Made by a program: the position numbers and the translations under genes. DNA of 63,357 bases from Hydrolagus colliei (taxonomy: Eukaryota). The notes under the pieces are model-generated. The model was not told the origin of the DNA. It made no database searches and was given only the letters and a program-made list of their open reading frames with translations. Positions 58,880 through 63,357 of the stretch are shown here, piece after piece (position 1 is the stretch's first letter; every line of letters starts with the position of its first letter). The stretch covers positions 5,332,644 to 5,396,000 of the forward strand of contig CM068771.1 in NCBI GenBank assembly GCA_035084275.1, given 5' to 3'.

Positions 58880-60953
58880 TGGCCTTCATACAGGGTAGCG
58901 TCCTTGAGAGCTTGGAGAAAGATGGAATCCCCTCCTCTGATGTGCAGCCGTCATTGATTGGACACACAGGCACTTTATTGATCTCAATGCTCATGACGTC
59001 AGAGAAATGATCAGACCCAGAGAGCCCTTCACACAATGCTGGAGCCACTCTGCCAATGATATAAGCCATTTTGATGCCTTGTTTTTTTTTTTTTTTACAC
59101 ACACTCCTGGTTCAGATACAGCCCATCCATTCTCCTTACAGATTCCCCAACCCTCTCACACAGCATCAACTATCATTTAAAATTGACTTCAGTTCAGTTT
59201 CAGTCATTATGTCCTAATAATAATAATGTTTACATTTAGTTGGATAAACTATAATCAGAAGTCAGCTCTTTCATAAAGAGTTGAGAAAAAACTTCTTCAT
59301 TCAGAAGGTAGTGAATTTATGCAACTTTCTACCTCCAAAGGGCTGTAGATGCTCAGTCCTTGAACATATTGATAGATTTCTTGTGGATTAAGGGATATGG
59401 GGATAAGCCCTTAAACAAACCATAGACAAATTTCCTTACGCCACAGACATGCTTACCTAACATTAATGTTTACCTAACATTAAATAGGGACCTGATGTTA
59501 GTCGATTGGCAAATCACTTTCTGGGGGTTACAAGTCCCTTTTGAAAAAAAAGGTCTCTCAATCCTTGACTTTTGTGCACTGATGTGCGCAATTGGTGGCT
59601 GTGTTTCTCCCACAAAATACATAGTCACTGCACTTTTCCTTTTAGCTCATCTGATCTAACTGTTCCAGAACAACACTCTGTTCCACTCATTAATTTATTA
59701 TACATTGACGACAAACCTTCCTGGTGTCCTGAAATCGTCCCTTTGCAATTCTAAATGCCTGTCTTCTTTTATTTTACATACACTAAATAATTTATTTTAA
59801 ATAAAAACTATTTTTACCGTTGATTTTTCTGCCTGTTATTTTGGGGGACGGTTCAGAGATTAAAGACAATATAGTGAATACAATCCTTTTTTTTTAAGTC
59901 AGCCGGGAGTCTGACAAGGGAAACCCATCATCTTAAGACAGTAGTTCCCAACGTTTTTTTGCTGCGACCCAAATTAACCACCAGCAGGTCCTCCCGACCC
60001 AAACTTTTTTTTGCTGGGATCCAAATTAGCCTCCCACCCATAGGGGGGCGATATCACGACTGAAGTTCAGCTCAGCCAAAACGTCTCTTTTGTGGACTCA
60101 GCGTGACTGGTAAGTACATTCTTTACACAAATTGTTTGGCAGTGTCGCCTTGGGCGCCTTTTTTTTTCACAGCTAAAAAAGCATTTTCAATGTTAAAATG
60201 TGAATCCTTTGGGAGACAACAACAACAACAACAATTTACATTTATAGAGCGCCTTTCATGTCGGGAGGACGTCCCAAGGCGCTGAGACATCTTGACTTGA
60301 GTTATAATGCTCTGTAATCAACCGCGAGGATTGCAACAACAACAACATTACCTCACCATCAGTTCTGAGTTCCCAACACGGATGGGATCTTGAACCCTCA
60401 ACCTTGTGGCTCAGGGTTTCGGATTGCGTCAGGCCGACACAATATCCCTGTCTCTTTGGAGAAAGCCGATGAGAAATTCCATCCAAGTGACAGGGACAGG
60501 TCACCCCTAGGCTGGAGAACCATAAATAATTAAGAATAACCCTTGGCATTTGGGCGCCGTGAAAAACCTAACTTCGTTTGCGTCGACGCAACGACCACGA
60601 GAAAACAAATTCTCTTTGTCCCGTTAACCGAGCGGTTTAAATGCCCGAATGAAAGTTAAAACTGTATTATGTTTTAATCCAATCCCAACTCTGCCCTCGT
60701 CCCATGCCCTGTAGGTCAAAATGATTCCAGGCGCTGTTTAGTTCACCGTGAGGCTGAACACCTGGCGACTGATCTGGGTGTTTTTACAGGTTAAAATGGA
60801 ATTCACTTGTTCCTCCCAATGTCGGGTGGAATTAACAGGTTTCTCCCTCTGACCTGCTGCTGTCTTCAGGCTTCATCCCTCGTCGCCCTTCACAGGGGGG
60901 TCGTCGTTGCTGCCGCCACCAACAAAAGTCTCCTGAGGCAGCGAGAGCCGCGA

Positions 60954-61623
60954 GTGATAACGATGGCGGGGAAAACTCTTGAGCCGCTGAGAATCTGCCG
61001 GTTATAACACATTAACAGTGACGTGGATTCACCTCATTTTCCGTGTGATTCCGTGTGTCTGTTGTTCACGGAAACACAGTGTTGGGGGGGAGTCGGGGAT
61101 CACAGGCAGAAAAGCCAGAGCTCTGCGGGTCCATGGTGTTGGTGTCTGGACTGTACCCAATGTGTAAACTTTGCCCACAATAAAGCGTCTGATCCCAGGT
61201 CAGCCCAGGACGTTGTGGTTTAGACTGTGATTCAGTGGGAAAGGCTTCTGTTTGTTCACTAACCTGAGGGTTGACGATCTCGGGGAATAAAATGGTTGTT
61301 TGATCATCAGATTGAATGTTGTTGATCAATTCCTGAAACACTCTGGGCCCCTCTCCCTCAATCCCCCGCCTGCCCCCCCCCCCCCACCCCACCTTCCCTC
61401 CCCCCCACCCCACCTTCCCTCCCCTGTTTCAGGTCCCGCCTCAAGACCTAACTCTTCCAAAGAGTAGCCGGACCTCGGACACCATTGCTCAGCCTCCGCT
61501 CCCGCCCTCGAGTCGGGGCTCCGGGCGCCTCACAGTCTGAGCCGCCTAACGGTCGGCGCTCCCTCGCGCCTCTCGCTCTCCCCCCCCCCCCCCCCCCGCT
61601 CATCACGTGGGGCTCCTGCCGCG
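60954..61623. repeat. Palindrome left arm (pairs with 61895-62529)
   Basis: About 650 bp near-identical reverse complement, with a 271-bp spacer. Confidence 0.93.
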
Positions 61624-62050
61624 AGCGCCGACCGTTGGGAGCCGAGGAGCACGTGGGGGAGGGAAGGAGCGGCGCCGATACCCTTATAGGGTCAGACCAC
61701 GTGCTGATGATCATCGCGGGCGGCCAATGGGCGTCTGTCTTTCAAATCGGGTGGGAGGGGGCGCGGGAGAAGAGAGAGCCTCGAGCGAGCGACGACCGTT
61801 AGGCGGCTCAGACCTAGAGGCGCCGAGGAGCGCGCGTAGCCCCGGCTCGGGTCAGACCACGTGCTGAGATGACTGGCGGGCAGCCAATGGGGGACGCGGC
61901 AGGAGCCCCACGTGATGAGCGGGGGGGGGGGGAGAGCGAGAGGCGCGAGGGAGCGGCGACCGTTAGGCGGCTCAGACTGTGAGGCGCCCGGAGCCCCGAC
62001 TCGAGGGCGGGAGCGGAGGCTGAGCAATGGTGTCCGAGGTCCGGCTACTC
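61440..62050. promoter_or_regulatory. CpG-island-like core with E-boxes, CCAAT boxes and a GC box
   Basis: High CpG density. CACGTG at 61604, 61650, 61698, 61858 and 61909. CCAAT at 61724 and 61884. Confidence 0.55.
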
Positions 62051-62529
62051 TTTGGAAGAGTTAGGTCTTGAGGCGGGACCTGAAACAGGGGAGGGAAGGT
62101 GGGGGGGGGGGGGCAGGCGGGGGATTGAGGGAGAGGGGCCCAGAGCGTTTCAGGAATTGATCAACAACATTCAATCTGATGATCAAACAACCATTTTATT
62201 CCCCGAGATCGTCAACCCTCAGGTTAGTGAACAAACAGAAGCCTTTCCCACTGAATCACAGTCTAAACCACAACGTCCTGGGCTGACCTGGGATCAGACG
62301 CTGTATTGTGGGCAAAGTTTACACATTGGGTACAGTCCAGACACCAACCCCATGGACCCGCAGAGCTCTGGCTTTTCTGCCTGTGATCCCCGACTCCCCC
62401 CAACACTGTGTTTCCGTGAACAACAGACAGTGAATCACACGGAAACTGAGGTGAATCCACGTCTCTGTTAATGTGTTAAAAACTGCAGATTCTCAGCGGC
62501 TCAAGAGTTTTCCCCGCCATCGTTATCAC
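61895..62529. repeat. Palindrome right arm
   Basis: Reverse complement of 60954-61623. Confidence 0.93.
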
Positions 62530-62725
62530 CGGGATTGAAGAGCGGATAGAGTTTCCCAGTGAAAGTTTGGGTGAAGGTGTGGAGATGAGACATGTGATCA
62601 GCGTCGTAAACTGACACCTGTCCCCCCTCATAGTCCAGGTGAACTCCGACCTTCCCGGGTCTCACTGTCAGGGGCAGGGGGGTGGGGGGTGATGTCAGAG
62701 CCTCATAGGCCCCGGCCACCAGCCA
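62486..62725 (-). pseudogene. 5'-truncated B30.2 exon fragment
   Basis: Reads [56 protein letters not shown]. An extra T (AACTCTTGAGCCG) breaks the NSEPLRIC ending, and the 5' part is replaced by an L2 fragment. Confidence 0.82.
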
Positions 62726-62729
62726 CACC

Positions 62730-63035
62730 CCCCACCATTCACGGCCTTGCCCCCGCCTATCTCTCTGACCTACTGTCTCCCCAGCAGCCTGCCCGTCCCC
62801 TCCGTTCAGCAGACTCAGGCCTGCTCGGCCCCTCCGCCCTCGCTTCCTCCCTTTCCTCCTTCAAGGCCGGTCTAAAGACCTTCCTCTTCGACCGTGCCTT
62901 CGGCTCCCCTGCTAACTCTTCCCCCTACCCCGACCCTCCCCCCCCCCCCCCCGGCTCGGGTCCCGACCTGACTGTTCAGCACTTTGGGATGTCCTCCCAA
63001 CGTGAAAGGCACTAACTATATAAGTGCAATTTTGT
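62730..63035 (+). mobile_element. L2 LINE 3' fragment
   Basis: [13 protein letters not shown]...LRSAD...[10 protein letters not shown] and an L2 tail. Confidence 0.8.
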
Positions 63036-63109
63036 TGTAAATATATATATATATATTTTCCAAATTATAATTGCCTGCAGTAGCTTATTCTACCATCAGG
63101 AAACAGTGC

Positions 63110-63357
63110 TGCACTGTGAATCAGAGAATCTTATGGCACAAAGGAGACCATTGGGCCCCTCTTTAAAAAGAGCAATTGAATTCCACTCCCCAGCTCTCTC
63201 CCCATAACTCACAAACCCATCCTCCCCAAATAAATGTCTACCTCTCTTTTTAAAAGTTGTTATCGAATTGACCTCCACCACCTTTTCTGGCAATGCATTC
63301 CAGATTCCAACTGAGTGAAAAAGTTTCTCCTCACCTCCCCTCTGCTTCTTTTGGAAA
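63110..63357 (-). mobile_element. CR1 LINE 3' fragment
   Basis: Reverse complement translates to FFTQ..GIWNALPEKVVEVNSITTFK, followed by a CR1 3'UTR. Confidence 0.8.

Overview
This is vertebrate genomic DNA, not microbial. It is probably from a cartilaginous fish, inferred from the CR1/L2 LINE and tRNA-SINE content and the style of the B30.2 sequences. It contains many N gaps. The window is an immune-gene cluster. Hand-spliced gene models with consistent GT-AG sites and phases give six loci. (1) A decayed TRIM gene on the minus strand (RING/B-box, coiled-coil, 23-bp and 116-bp exons; 1.9-4.3 kb). (2) Three orphan coiled-coil exons (minus, 9.9-13.0 kb). (3) An unrecognised plus-strand gene with a SOUL/HEBP-like exon, a 21-bp-repeat exon and a Cys-motif last exon (14.4-17.5 kb). 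(4) Two complete butyrophilin-like genes (leader-IgV-IgC-TM-18bp-27bp-B30.2) arranged head to head: BTN-A minus 21540-29803 and BTN-B plus 38133-44672. Their shared upstream region holds an inverted repeat and a duplicated ISRE plus first-exon cassette. (5) A CD2/SLAM-family gene (plus, 53807-58879). (6) A truncated B30.2 exon whose end lies in a 1.6-kb palindrome centred on a CpG-island-like core (61.0-62.5 kb). The rest is SINEs, L2/CR1 fragments, MITEs, a probable solo LTR and large simple repeats. All gene models are manual and lack transcript support.
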